A stretch of 64,000 nucleotides of DNA from Terriglobia bacterium (GTDB lineage Bacteria; Acidobacteriota; Terriglobia; Acidiferrales; UBA7541), in NCBI GenBank assembly GCA_963695545.1, contig OY968796.1, positions 576,001-640,000 of the forward strand. The letters are read 5' to 3'. Of this stretch, positions 1-9,562 are shown piece after piece (position 1 is the first letter of the stretch; each line of letters starts with the position of its first letter). Made by a program: the position numbers and the translations under genes. The notes beneath the pieces are model-generated. The model saw only the letters and a list, made by a program, of their open reading frames with translations. It did no database searches and was not told the origin of the DNA.

Positions 1-1244
1 CGCTCGAGGTCGGCGAGCGCGGTTGAGGTGAGTGCGGCACCGCCGGCGGCGAATGCGTCGGATTGGGCCGCGCCGGCGATGGTGGGCGGAAGGTCGCACA
101 CGTCGATGGTTTCGCGGCCGCCGAGCGTGAGCGCGCGAGCGATGCAATTTTCGAGCTCGCGAATGTTTCCGGGCCAATCGTACTGCAAGAGACACTTCAT
201 GGCCGCCGGCGTGACGTGGATGCTTTCGCCCGAAGCGTAGCGCTCGAGAAAACAATGCACGAGCAGCGGAATATCCGAGCGGCGCTCGCGCAGCGACGGC
301 AAGTGGATGGTGACGACGTTCAGACGGAAATAGAGATCTTTGCGGAAAGTGCCCGCCTGATAGGCTGCTTCAAGATCGCGATTGGTGGCCGCGATGATGC
401 GGGCGTTCACGGAAATTTTTTGGTTGCTGCCGACGGGACGAATTTCTTTTTCCTGAAGGGCGCGCAGAAGCTTGGCTTGCATTTCAAGCGGCAATTCGCC
501 GACTTCGTCGAAGAATATGGTGCCGCCCTGCGCAGCCTGAAACAGTCCTGGCTTCGATTTCAGGGCGCCGGTGAACGCGCCCTTTTCGTAGCCGAACAAT
601 TCGCTTTCAATCAGGGTGGGCACGAGCGAGCCGCAATCCACAGCGACGAACGGCATGCGCGCAAGCGGGCCTTGAAAATGAATCGCGCGCGCGACCAACT
701 CTTTGCCTGTGCCGCTTTCGCCGCTGATGAGCGCGGATGTGCGCGCGTCTTTCAAACGCGAAATCATGCGCAGAACATCCTGGATTCGCGCGGAGGTGCC
801 GACGATGCCTTCGAGTTGAGATTTCACATCCACGCGCTCGCGCAGGAATTGGTTCTCGGTTACCAGGCGCACTTTTTCCGCCATGCGCTGCAGGAGTTGG
901 CGCAGATTTTCCACGCGGAACGGCTTCTCGATGTAGTCGTAGGCGCCGAGCTTCATGGCTTCGACGGCGGACTCAATCGATCCATAGCCGGTCATGACCG
1001 CGGTCTCGGTCCGCGGGAGCATGGCCTTGATCTTCGGCAATAATTCGACGCCGGACATATAGGGCAGCTTCAAATCCGTGATGACGATATCCGCCGAGCT
1101 GCTCTCGAGACACGCGAGCGCGGCTTCGCCGCTCTCCGCTTCGAGACAGGAGAGGCCGAGCGATGAACCGACCGTCATGCAAAGACGGCGAATGCTGCGC
1201 TCGTCGTCGACCACCAGAAAGCGGAGTGTGGGTTCGCCGCTCAT
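1..1244 (-). CDS. Sigma54-dependent (NtrC-family) response regulator, REC-AAA+; 3' end runs off the window
   Basis: Not in the ORF track because it is truncated. Manual translation from ATG 1244 gives MSGEPTLRFLVVDDE...DLKLP...GESGTGKE...ESELFGYEKGAFTGA...FFDEVGE...WPGNIREL. The ATG overlaps the kinase TGA (ATGA). Confidence 0.93.
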   Translation of the reverse strand, partial: MSGEPTLRFLVVDDERSIRRLCMTVGSSLGLSCLEAESGEAALACLESSSADIVITDLKLPYMSGVELLPKIKAMLPRTETAVMTGYGSIESAVEAMKLGAYDYIEKPFRVENLRQLLQRMAEKVRLVTENQFLRERVDVKSQLEGIVGTSARIQDVLRMISRLKDARTSALISGESGTGKELVARAIHFQGPLARMPFVAVDCGSLVPTLIESELFGYEKGAFTGALKSKPGLFQAAQGGTIFFDEVGELPLEMQAKLLRALQEKEIRPVGSNQKISVNARIIAATNRDLEAAYQAGTFRKDLYFRLNVVTIHLPSLRERRSDIPLLVHCFLERYASGESIHVTPAAMKCLLQYDWPGNIRELENCIARALTLGGRETIDVCDLPPTIAGAAQSDAFAAGGAALTSTALADLE

Positions 1245-3241
1245 AACCGGCCGCCCCTGGTTTGCGGGGCAAGATCCGCCGCGCGAGAATCTTCCGGCTC
1301 GGGATTCTCAGCCGCCTTCGAGAGCGGCAATCGCACGTGGAACGCGCAACCGATGCCGCCAGCGTTGTTCTCGCAGAAAATCTCACCGCCATGGGCGTGG
1401 AGGATCCCGTAGCAGATGCTAAGGCCCAGGCCTGTGCCTTTTCCGGCTGCCTTAGTGCTGTAGAACGGATCGAAAACGGAATCCATGTTTGCGATTCCCG
1501 GGCCATTGTCGCGGAATACGATTTCCACCGCGTCGTTCGCGCGCACAGTTTCGATTTCGATGCGCCCTTGGCGCGGGGTCTCGCGGACCGCATCGAAAGC
1601 GTTGTTGATAATGTTCAGGAAGACTTGCTGCAATTGTTGCGCGTCGCCGACGATGCCTTCGAGGCTTTCCTCCAGGCGCAAATCGACGCTAACGCCGTGC
1701 GACTCAAAATCGCGCGCACGCAGTTGCAGCGTTTGCCGCAGAATGGACGCCACGTCTACAGTTTTGCTGTGAACCGGCGCCGGACGCGCACATTGCAGCA
1801 GATTTTCCACGATGGCTTTGGTGCGCTGCGCTTCTCGATGAATCAATTCGAGATCTTCGCGCGCGTTCGGTGGAATGCCCGGATTCTCGAGAAGCAGATC
1901 GGAGAATCCCAGAATCGCAGCGAGCGGGTTGTTCACTTCGTGCGCGACGCCTGCTACCAATTGGCCGACAGCTGCCATCTTTCCGGCCTGCGCAAGCTTC
2001 GCGCGCAAGACGCCGGCCTCCGTGATGTCTGCGACGGAACCCACGATCGCGCGGGCGTGGCCCTCTTCGTCACGCAGCGGACTTAGGTTCAGCGAGTAGC
2101 GGCGCGTTCCGCCGTCGCTGCGGCGCAGAGGCAGTTCGAGATTCCAGATGTGTTCGCCCGCGCGCGCGGATTCGATCGCCGCGGCCAGCGTGGCGCGCCG
2201 CTCGACAGGAACCAGGCGCGCGAGTGGCTTGCCGCGCAATTCGGAATCGCGCTCGAGACCCAGCATTTCGACGAACGCGCGATTGATCTCGAGGATTTCG
2301 CCATCGAGATTTGAAAAGAAAAGGCCTTCCTGGATGCTCTCGAACAATTCACGGTAGCGGCGTTCGGCTTCGCGCTGACCGGTCATATCTTTCAGCACAT
2401 GAATCGTGCGCCCTGCGGTTTGCGCGCTTTCCTCCACGCGCGAAGTGGTGAGAAGGTAGGAGCGGCCGCGCGCGATTAACAAACGTTCGGCGCCGCGTTC
2501 TGTATCCGAGAAGCACAGAGGACATTCAGCGGCATCGCGCCGCGCGCCCAAGCCATCGAGCGAACTCATCGGCGTGCCGACAAGTTCCGCCGGAGATTTG
2601 CCGAAGAAATTTGCGAGCGTGCGATTCAGACGCAACAAGCAATTCCGCGAATCGTGAACCGCGATTAAATCCGTGATGGCGTCGAAATCCTGAACCCATT
2701 GCTTTTTGGATCGCTCGATCCAGGAAAGCAGGGCCGCGTTCTGCACCAGGCTGCCGGCCAGCGCGGCGACCGCGGCGAATTCATTCGCCTGTGATTCCGA
2801 AAATGCCGAACCCGCGTCGCGATGAAACGCCAGCGCAATCCCCACGCGGCCTTCCTCGCCGCCGAAAGGCGCCGCGACGATGGCGCGCGCATGCAGCAGC
2901 TCACCGCCGGAGGAAATCGGCGCCGACCAGCCGTTGATCCATGCCGCTTTTTGCGAGCGAAGAGCGTCCCGCACCACCGGCAGGCGACCCAGCGGGAGAC
3001 GACCGGGACTTGCGGAATCCGGCGGTCGTCCACTGACTTCCAACACGCGAAATTCATCCGCGGAAATCGCTTCGGCGCAGATCACACCGCTGGCCTCGAG
3101 CCAGTTCTTCATGGATCGGCAGAACTCGCGATACAGGCCAGCTTTGTCTTTGCCGCGCGCAGAGCTGGCGAAACTCGCCAGAAAGCTCGCGAACGAGCGC
3201 TCGGGTTGGGCGATGGGCGAGTTGGGGTCGATGGCAGACAC
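1241..3241 (-). CDS. Cytoplasmic GAF-PAS-PAS sensor histidine kinase
   Basis: H-box GVAHEVNNPL, N-box QVFLNIINNA, G-boxes DNGPGI and GTGLGL; two PAS-like segments; no transmembrane helix seen. Confidence 0.92.
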   Translation of the reverse strand: MSAIDPNSPIAQPERSFASFLASFASSARGKDKAGLYREFCRSMKNWLEASGVICAEAISADEFRVLEVSGRPPDSASPGRLPLGRLPVVRDALRSQKAAWINGWSAPISSGGELLHARAIVAAPFGGEEGRVGIALAFHRDAGSAFSESQANEFAAVAALAGSLVQNAALLSWIERSKKQWVQDFDAITDLIAVHDSRNCLLRLNRTLANFFGKSPAELVGTPMSSLDGLGARRDAAECPLCFSDTERGAERLLIARGRSYLLTTSRVEESAQTAGRTIHVLKDMTGQREAERRYRELFESIQEGLFFSNLDGEILEINRAFVEMLGLERDSELRGKPLARLVPVERRATLAAAIESARAGEHIWNLELPLRRSDGGTRRYSLNLSPLRDEEGHARAIVGSVADITEAGVLRAKLAQAGKMAAVGQLVAGVAHEVNNPLAAILGFSDLLLENPGIPPNAREDLELIHREAQRTKAIVENLLQCARPAPVHSKTVDVASILRQTLQLRARDFESHGVSVDLRLEESLEGIVGDAQQLQQVFLNIINNAFDAVRETPRQGRIEIETVRANDAVEIVFRDNGPGIANMDSVFDPFYSTKAAGKGTGLGLSICYGILHAHGGEIFCENNAGGIGCAFHVRLPLSKAAENPEPEDSRAADLAPQTRGGRL

Positions 3242-3263
3242 AGTTGATCAAGCGTCGTGCGCA

Positions 3264-3380
3264 GTTTCGTCTTGAGACAGTCACGTTATCGGGCTGTCTC
3301 AAAATGGGTCAATGGGCCGCCGGTTTAGCGGTGCCGTAATCGCCATTCGCAGCATGGGCATGGGCGTCTCGCAGTGAGAC
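3264..3380. promoter_or_regulatory. Three GTCTC-N5-GAGAC-type palindromes, candidate enhancer (UAS) sites for a sigma54 activator
   Basis: GTTTC-gtctt-GAGAC (3264-3278), GTCTC-aaaat-GGGTC (3296-3310), GTCTC-gcagt-GAGAC (3366-3380). Confidence 0.6.
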
Positions 3381-3527
3381 GGAACTGGCAGGGAAAGGTG
3401 TGTACTGAGATTCGGGCCGGAGGCGGCTTCCCGATCGGGCGGCCCGCACTACACCGTAAACCATGTATTATCATATATATATGGGATTATTCGGTCGTCA
3501 AATACTCCTCCTCGATGGGCCTATCTC

Positions 3528-3543
3528 TGGTACTGCCCGTGCA
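3528..3543 (+). promoter_or_regulatory. Sigma54 (-24/-12) promoter
   Basis: TGGTAC-TGCCC-GTGCA with GG-N10-GC spacing, against consensus TGGCAC-N5-TTGCW; followed by a GGAGGAGG RBS and ATG 3576. Confidence 0.75.
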
Positions 3544-3575
3544 ACCTTCTACTGGGACGGAGGAGGAATCCGTGC

Positions 3576-3935
3576 ATGCTGACCAGACTTAGGGATACAG
3601 GACTTGCTTTGTTGCTATCTATTTCAGCCGTCGGCGTCCTTCCGCACCGGGCCATGGCGCAGGATGCCGCGCAACAGACGGAGTCCAAAAGAAAAGTGAA
3701 GAAAGAAGTTCAGCCGACTTATCCCGACATCGCCAAGCGAATTAACCTCACCGGCAAGGTCAAGTTACAAGTGGTGGTGAACACCGCGGGCCATGTGACC
3801 AGCACCAAAGTGCTTGGCGGAAACCCCGTGCTCGCGAACGCGGCGGAGCAGGCCGCGAAAGCGTGGGCCTGGGAGCCGAGCCCGAGCGAGACCACGGAAC
3901 TTGTGGAATTCGATTTCACCGGAGCGTCGAACTGA
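3576..3935 (+). CDS. Small secreted TonB C-terminal-domain protein
   Basis: Signal peptide ending AMA|Q, then PTYPDIAKRINLTGKVKLQVVVNTAGHV...GNPVLANAAEQAAKAWAWEP (TonB_C pattern); strong RBS. Confidence 0.8.
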   Translation: MLTRLRDTGLALLLSISAVGVLPHRAMAQDAAQQTESKRKVKKEVQPTYPDIAKRINLTGKVKLQVVVNTAGHVTSTKVLGGNPVLANAAEQAAKAWAWEPSPSETTELVEFDFTGASN

Positions 3936-3986
3936 GCGCTCTCGGAAAAATAAACTGGCGCTAATCGCGCAGCGACGCCGGAGGCA

Positions 3987-6017
3987 TTGGCGATGAAGAT
4001 CGCACCCACGATTGGAAAAAAGCTCTACCTAGGATTTGGAGCCGTGCTCACCATACTCGTGTTTCTGTTTGTGGTGAGCTTGTCGGCGATCTTGCGCGAA
4101 CGCCAGGAGCAATCCGCGGCAGCCGACGCGCTGTCCGGCGTGCAAATCATCGAATCCGCGCGCTACCAGATTATGCAGAACCGGCTCGCGCTCTCGGACT
4201 ACTTGCTGAGCGGCGACACTCACGAACGCGAGACCGTAAATCAGGGAATCAGCGACCTCGACGAACTCCTGCGCAAGGGCCAGAGCAGCACCACGGATCA
4301 GGATCTCGCGAGCGCGCTCGAGCGCGTGGAAAGAAACGAGCAGGACTGGGCCGATCAGTTCGCGAAGCCACTCATAGACAAACGCCAACAAGTGGATGCG
4401 GGCAACTCCACTGTTGCCGATCTCCAGGTTTTTTATCTTGAGAAGGATCCTGCGACTTGGGTGACGCGCTCTTCCGAGATTCTCGATAGCGCGAACGACG
4501 AGATCAAAAAAACGCTCGATGATTCTTCCGCCTCCGCGACGCGCACGACAACCGTGACCGTCGTCGTGGATATTGTAGGCGTGCTGCTCGCGATCGGACT
4601 TGGGATGGCGATTGCGTTCTACACCGCGCGCTCGGTTACCGTGCCGCTCGACAAAATGATCGCCGTCGCTTGCGACATTTCGGAATCCGGCGACCTCAAT
4701 CAGAAAATTGATCTAAGCCGCGACGATGAAATCGGTTCGCTCGCGCGCGCGTTTCACGATTTGGTCGAGTATCTCAAGGAAATATCGCGCGTCTCGGCAG
4801 CCATCGCTCGCGGCGATCTGACGGTGGAAGGCCGGCCGCGTTCCGAACACGACACGCTGGCGAAGGCGTTCAGCGAAATGGTTCAGGGCCTGCGTTCGAT
4901 CGTGCGGCAAGTGCGCGACGGCGCGTCTCAAGTCGCGGCGGGATCGGAGCAAGTGGCGTCGGCTTCCGATGAATCCGCCAAGATCAGCGTGCAAACATCT
5001 TCGGCCATCGATGAAGTGACGAGCACGATGCACGAGATGAGCGTCAACGTGCAAAACGTTGTGAAGAACACGCAAAGCCAGGCTTCCAGCGTCGCCGAAA
5101 CTTCCGCTTCGATCGATCAGATGGTCGCATCCATTACGCACGTCGCCGACACGGCTAAATTCCTGCTCGACATCTCGCAGAAGTCGCGCGAGGAAGTGCA
5201 GTCCGGCATGACCGCGATGCAGAAAACCACCGAAGGATTGAATCGCACCAACAAGACGATTCACACCTCTTCCGGAATCATTGTGGCGCTCGGCCGCCGC
5301 GCCGACGACATCGGCAAGATCATCGAGGTGATCGACGACCTCGCCGAGCAAACCAACCTCCTCGCGCTGAACGCCGCGATCGAGGCCGCCCGCGCGGGTG
5401 AGCATGGCCTGGGTTTCGCCGTCGTTGCGGACGAAGTGCGCAAGCTTGCGGAAAAATCCGCGCAGTCCACGAAAGAAATCTCAGAACTCATCGAAAGCAT
5501 TCAGAAGGAATCTCGTGAGGCAGTGGAGAACATGGAGCGCAGCACCGCCGCCGTCGAAGAAGGTCTGACCATGGGCACCGACCTGCAATCGGCGCTCGGG
5601 CGCATTTCGGCGGTGGTCACGGAAGTGCACAAACTCGCGCAGGAAATCGGCGCGGCCACATCCGAGCAGTCCAACGGCTCGTCGCAAATCGCGCGAGCCA
5701 CTTCACGGCTGACGGAAATCACGCAGGAGATCAATTCTTCGGTGGAAGAGCAGGCTTCGGGAGCGCAGGTGGTGGTTCGCGCGATGGAAAAAATGCGGGA
5801 GCTCGTGCAGCAATCCACCTCAAGCTCGACGGAGCTGGCCGCCGCCTCCGAGCAGATGTCCAAGCTCGCACGCGGCCTGCTGGAATCCATGGATCGCTTC
5901 GCGCTTGAAGAGGGCCAGGGCTCGGCGTTGCGCGGCGCGAAATCCGAGCGTGCCCAAAAGGGCGGGGAGCGGTCGCGTTCGTCTTCTCACGACTACGCTG
6001 AGTTGGTGCGCTCCTGA
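3987..6017 (+). CDS. mcp: Methyl-accepting chemotaxis protein (start may be ATG 3993)
   Basis: Two TM helices, HAMP region, hairpin tip [38 protein letters not shown]. Confidence 0.97.
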   Translation: MAMKIAPTIGKKLYLGFGAVLTILVFLFVVSLSAILRERQEQSAAADALSGVQIIESARYQIMQNRLALSDYLLSGDTHERETVNQGISDLDELLRKGQSSTTDQDLASALERVERNEQDWADQFAKPLIDKRQQVDAGNSTVADLQVFYLEKDPATWVTRSSEILDSANDEIKKTLDDSSASATRTTTVTVVVDIVGVLLAIGLGMAIAFYTARSVTVPLDKMIAVACDISESGDLNQKIDLSRDDEIGSLARAFHDLVEYLKEISRVSAAIARGDLTVEGRPRSEHDTLAKAFSEMVQGLRSIVRQVRDGASQVAAGSEQVASASDESAKISVQTSSAIDEVTSTMHEMSVNVQNVVKNTQSQASSVAETSASIDQMVASITHVADTAKFLLDISQKSREEVQSGMTAMQKTTEGLNRTNKTIHTSSGIIVALGRRADDIGKIIEVIDDLAEQTNLLALNAAIEAARAGEHGLGFAVVADEVRKLAEKSAQSTKEISELIESIQKESREAVENMERSTAAVEEGLTMGTDLQSALGRISAVVTEVHKLAQEIGAATSEQSNGSSQIARATSRLTEITQEINSSVEEQASGAQVVVRAMEKMRELVQQSTSSSTELAAASEQMSKLARGLLESMDRFALEEGQGSALRGAKSERAQKGGERSRSSSHDYAELVRS

Positions 6018-6044
6018 AGGCCCGCGGAGCCATCGGAATGAATC

Positions 6045-6521
6045 ATGAATAAGGATTTGCAGGTCGTTGGGTTTCGCGTGGGTGAGGAAACGTTTGGGCT
6101 GCCCATCTCGGCGGTGCGGGAGATCGTGCGCGTGCCGGAAATCACTGCAGTCCCGAGCGCTCCGGCGCACATCGAAGGCGTAATCAACCTGCGCGGGCGA
6201 ATCGTGTTCGTGGTGGATTTGCGAAAGCGCTTCGGCCGATCGGACGTAACGCCGAGCAAGAAAAATCGCATTCTGGTTGTCGAACTCGAGGAACGGATCA
6301 TCGGCCTGATCGTGAATTCGGCTTCCGAGGTGCTGAAGATTCCTCCCTCCGAGATTGAAACTCCGGCGGGCCTGTTTCAAGACGACGGCCCGCACTACGT
6401 TACCGGAGTCGGAAAGCTCAAGGGACGATTGGTGCTCATGCTCGATCTCCACAAAATTCTGAAAGGCGGCGAGCTCGGCGCTCTGGACGAATTTACGCGA
6501 GCTGCCGAGGTTCGCGCGTAG
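6045..6521 (+). CDS. cheW: Chemotaxis coupling protein CheW
   Basis: FGLPISAVREIV...VPSAPAHIEGVINLRGRIV...GLIVNS. Confidence 0.96.
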   Translation: MNKDLQVVGFRVGEETFGLPISAVREIVRVPEITAVPSAPAHIEGVINLRGRIVFVVDLRKRFGRSDVTPSKKNRILVVELEERIIGLIVNSASEVLKIPPSEIETPAGLFQDDGPHYVTGVGKLKGRLVLMLDLHKILKGGELGALDEFTRAAEVRA

Positions 6522-6575
6522 TAACAACGCCCGATGTCCGGGCGCGCAATTCCGGTGAGAGACGTTCGAGACGCC

Positions 6576-7481
6576 ATGAGCACATTGGCCACGCCGATTA
6601 CGCTGACCGAAGCGGAACTGAAGCTGCTCCAGACGCTCGTCTACCAGGAATGTGGAATGTATTTCGACGAGCGGCGCGCCCATTTCCTGCGCGACCGTCT
6701 GCAGCGCAGATTAAAAGCCTGCCAGATCGATTCGTTCTACAGTTACTACCGGCTGCTCACCAGCCACGAGGGCAAACAGGAGTTGAGCGCGCTGCTCGAA
6801 AATCTCACGGTCAATGAGACCAGCTTCTTCCGCAATCGCCCGCAACTCGAGCTGTTCCAGAAAACAATTCTCGAAGACCTGCTGAAGCACAAACAAGCGA
6901 GGCGCGATTGGACATTGCGCGTGTGGAGCGCGGGCTGCTCGACGGGCCAGGAGCCTTACTCCGTGGCAATTCTGATTTGCGACGCGCTGGCCTACTACTA
7001 TCTCCGCAATCCACTGCCGTTCGATATGCCGTCGCCCAAGCCGTTGATTCCGCCGCCTTGGCGCGTGGAGATCCTCGCGTCGGACATTACTTATTCCGGC
7101 ATGCGTGTCGCACAGGACGCGGTCTACACCGAATCGCAGATGGAGCCGGTGGACTACACGTGCCGCCTGCGCTATTTCGAGAAAATCACGGATCGTTATG
7201 CCGTGAAGAAATCGCTGAAGGAATTGGTGCAATTCGATTTTCACAATTTGAAGACGGAATTCCTGCCGCAAGGCAACGACATCATTTTCTGCCGCAACGT
7301 GATGATTTATTTCGACGAAGCGGAACAAAAACGCCTGGTGGAAAAGTTATATCGGTGCCTAAATCCCAACGGCTATCTGTTCGTGGGCCACGCGGAAAGC
7401 CTTTTCGGTCTCTCGAAGCAATTCCGCATGATTCATCAGAACAACGGCACGGCCTACCAGCGATTGGAGCCGGACCTGTGA
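6576..7481 (+). CDS. cheR: Chemotaxis methyltransferase CheR
   Basis: LTVNETSFFR, RVWSAGCSTGQEPYS, DIIFCRNVMIYF, GYLFVGHAES. Confidence 0.96.
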   Translation: MSTLATPITLTEAELKLLQTLVYQECGMYFDERRAHFLRDRLQRRLKACQIDSFYSYYRLLTSHEGKQELSALLENLTVNETSFFRNRPQLELFQKTILEDLLKHKQARRDWTLRVWSAGCSTGQEPYSVAILICDALAYYYLRNPLPFDMPSPKPLIPPPWRVEILASDITYSGMRVAQDAVYTESQMEPVDYTCRLRYFEKITDRYAVKKSLKELVQFDFHNLKTEFLPQGNDIIFCRNVMIYFDEAEQKRLVEKLYRCLNPNGYLFVGHAESLFGLSKQFRMIHQNNGTAYQRLEPDL

Positions 7482-9562
7482 ACTTTTTCTCCGAAGAACA
7501 GGCCGCCGAGCTCCGCGAGCTGATGTATGAAAGCTCAGAGGAACTCCTGCAGTCTTTGAACGACGCGGGATTGGAACTTGAGAAACATCCGGCCGACGCG
7601 GAGAGCATGCGAAGCGTGCGGCGCGCCGTGCATACCCTTAAGGGCGATTCGGCCGCGTGCGGCTTTCACGAGTTGAGCGAACTCGCGCACGAGTTGGAGG
7701 ACATGCTGACTCCGCAGCTCGCCGAGTCCGCGCCGGCCGCCGTAGCCGAGGTCGTATTGACGGCGGCAGATACATTCCACGCCATGCTTGCGGCCTACCG
7801 CGGAAAAATGCAGCCGCCTTCGGGCGACGCGCTACGCGCTCAACTGAAGCGCCTGATCGATGCGTCCACGGCGCCCTCCCCGCCCGAGGCTTCGGCACAG
7901 ATTGGGAAGAGCGCGGAGTGGACGGAGTACGAGCAGCGCGTGATTCGCGAAGCAATGCGCCAGGGCGCTTCGGTTTACAACGTTTCGCTGGCGATCGATC
8001 GGGCAAATCAAATGCCCGCCGCCGCCGTGCAGATGATTCGCGGCGCGCTCGAGAAATCCGGAAAGATACTCGCGATGCGCCCGCAGGACGGTGCTGGCGC
8101 GGAGTTTGTCTCGCAAGTGCAGGCCGTGATTTCAAGCAAGCGCACGCGGGAATCGATTGCGCGCTGCTGCCGAATTCCCGCGGTGGTGACGGCCATTGCC
8201 GTCGAGCCCGCCGCGATCGCTGCTGGATCGCAGGTGAGACACGACGCGCTCGGCGTCCTGCTCAAGGCGGAAGCGGAGGCCGTGGCCGCCGAGAATCTTG
8301 AAGCCGCGGAGCACGACGCGCCTCACACTCAGGCGCAGCTTCTGACGGGTTCGGGATCGGCTGAAAATATTCTGCGCGTGGATTCCACACGCATCGACGA
8401 GCTGCTGAACCTCGTCGGTGAACTGATCATCGGCAAATCCATGCTGCACCGCGCCGTCCAGGAATTTGAGACACGATTCCCGAAGGATCCGCTGCGCGCA
8501 CGGCTCGCGGACAGTCTTTCGCTTCAATCGCGAGTGCTCGGCGAATTGCAGAAATCCGTTCTCAAGGTGCGCATGGTTCCGGTCGAACAGCTTTTCCGGC
8601 GCGTGCCGCGCATCGTGCGCGACGTCGCGAAAACCTGCGGCCACGAAGTGGACGTGGAAGCGGCCGGACAGAACACCGATCTCGACAAGGGCATTCTCGA
8701 CTCTCTGGCCGAGCCGCTTTCCCATCTGGTTCGCAATGCCGTGGATCACGGCATCGAACCGGCCGCCGAGCGAATCGCCGCCGGCAAGCCGCCGCGCGGA
8801 ACGATCCGACTTAACGCGTACCATCGCGGGAATCAGGTGGTGATCGAAATCTCCGACGACGGCCGCGGAATTGACCGAACGAAAACGCTGCGCCGCGCGG
8901 TCGAAGGCGGCTTCGTGAAAGCCGAGGAAGGCGAGCGCCTGAGCGATTCGGAAATCGTGAACCTGATCTTTCAGCCCGGCTTTACTACGAGCGAGTGCGT
9001 CACGGAAGTTTCGGGGCGCGGGATCGGCATGGACGTTGTCGTGGGAGTGCTCGAACGCCTCAAAGGCACGGTAACGGTCGAAAGCGTGCCGGGCAAGAGC
9101 ACCACGTTTCAATTGAGCGTGCCGCTTACGCTGGCCAGCGTTTCATCGCTTCTGTTCCGGTCGGGCAAGCGTCTCTATGCGATCGAGCTGTGTTCGGTGG
9201 CGGAAATCGCGCGCGTGGATGCGCGCGAGATTCACGTCGTCGACAACCGCGAAATTATCGAGTTGCGTAATCAAATTCTGCTGCTGGTGCGTCTGGAATC
9301 GCCCGCGATGGACGCGCCGCCGAAATCGAACAAGATGTTTCTGTTGGTCGTGAATCACGCCGATCGCAAGTTCGGCTTGGTCGTGGACAGCTTGCTGGGC
9401 GAAGAGGATCTGGTGATCAAAGCGCTCGACGAAAAATACCTGAATAGCGATTTGTTGAGCGGCGCTTCGATCCTGGGCGACGGCGCGGTTGTGATGGTCC
9501 TGAACGTGGCGGCGCTGGCCGGAAAAGCCGGGAAATCGATGCTGCTGAGGGCCACGGCATGA
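7478..9562 (+). CDS. cheA: Chemotaxis histidine kinase CheA
   Basis: HPt RAVHTLKGDS, HLVRNAVDHGIE, DDGRGID, EVSGRGIGMDVV, C-terminal CheW-like domain; GTG start overlaps the cheR stop (GTGA). Confidence 0.96.
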   Translation: MNFFSEEQAAELRELMYESSEELLQSLNDAGLELEKHPADAESMRSVRRAVHTLKGDSAACGFHELSELAHELEDMLTPQLAESAPAAVAEVVLTAADTFHAMLAAYRGKMQPPSGDALRAQLKRLIDASTAPSPPEASAQIGKSAEWTEYEQRVIREAMRQGASVYNVSLAIDRANQMPAAAVQMIRGALEKSGKILAMRPQDGAGAEFVSQVQAVISSKRTRESIARCCRIPAVVTAIAVEPAAIAAGSQVRHDALGVLLKAEAEAVAAENLEAAEHDAPHTQAQLLTGSGSAENILRVDSTRIDELLNLVGELIIGKSMLHRAVQEFETRFPKDPLRARLADSLSLQSRVLGELQKSVLKVRMVPVEQLFRRVPRIVRDVAKTCGHEVDVEAAGQNTDLDKGILDSLAEPLSHLVRNAVDHGIEPAAERIAAGKPPRGTIRLNAYHRGNQVVIEISDDGRGIDRTKTLRRAVEGGFVKAEEGERLSDSEIVNLIFQPGFTTSECVTEVSGRGIGMDVVVGVLERLKGTVTVESVPGKSTTFQLSVPLTLASVSSLLFRSGKRLYAIELCSVAEIARVDAREIHVVDNREIIELRNQILLLVRLESPAMDAPPKSNKMFLLVVNHADRKFGLVVDSLLGEEDLVIKALDEKYLNSDLLSGASILGDGAVVMVLNVAALAGKAGKSMLLRATA

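Noticed and set aside
63..1043. 326-aa plus-strand ORF and many similar long antisense ORFs (e.g. 16974-18401, 29006-30502, 43776-45341)
   Set aside because: Shadow frames opposite well-supported genes; expected at high GC; no recognisable motifs
6908..7477. Apparent 190-aa N-terminal extension of CheA
   Set aside because: Overlaps cheR in another frame; the GTG at 7478 coupled to the cheR stop is the better start
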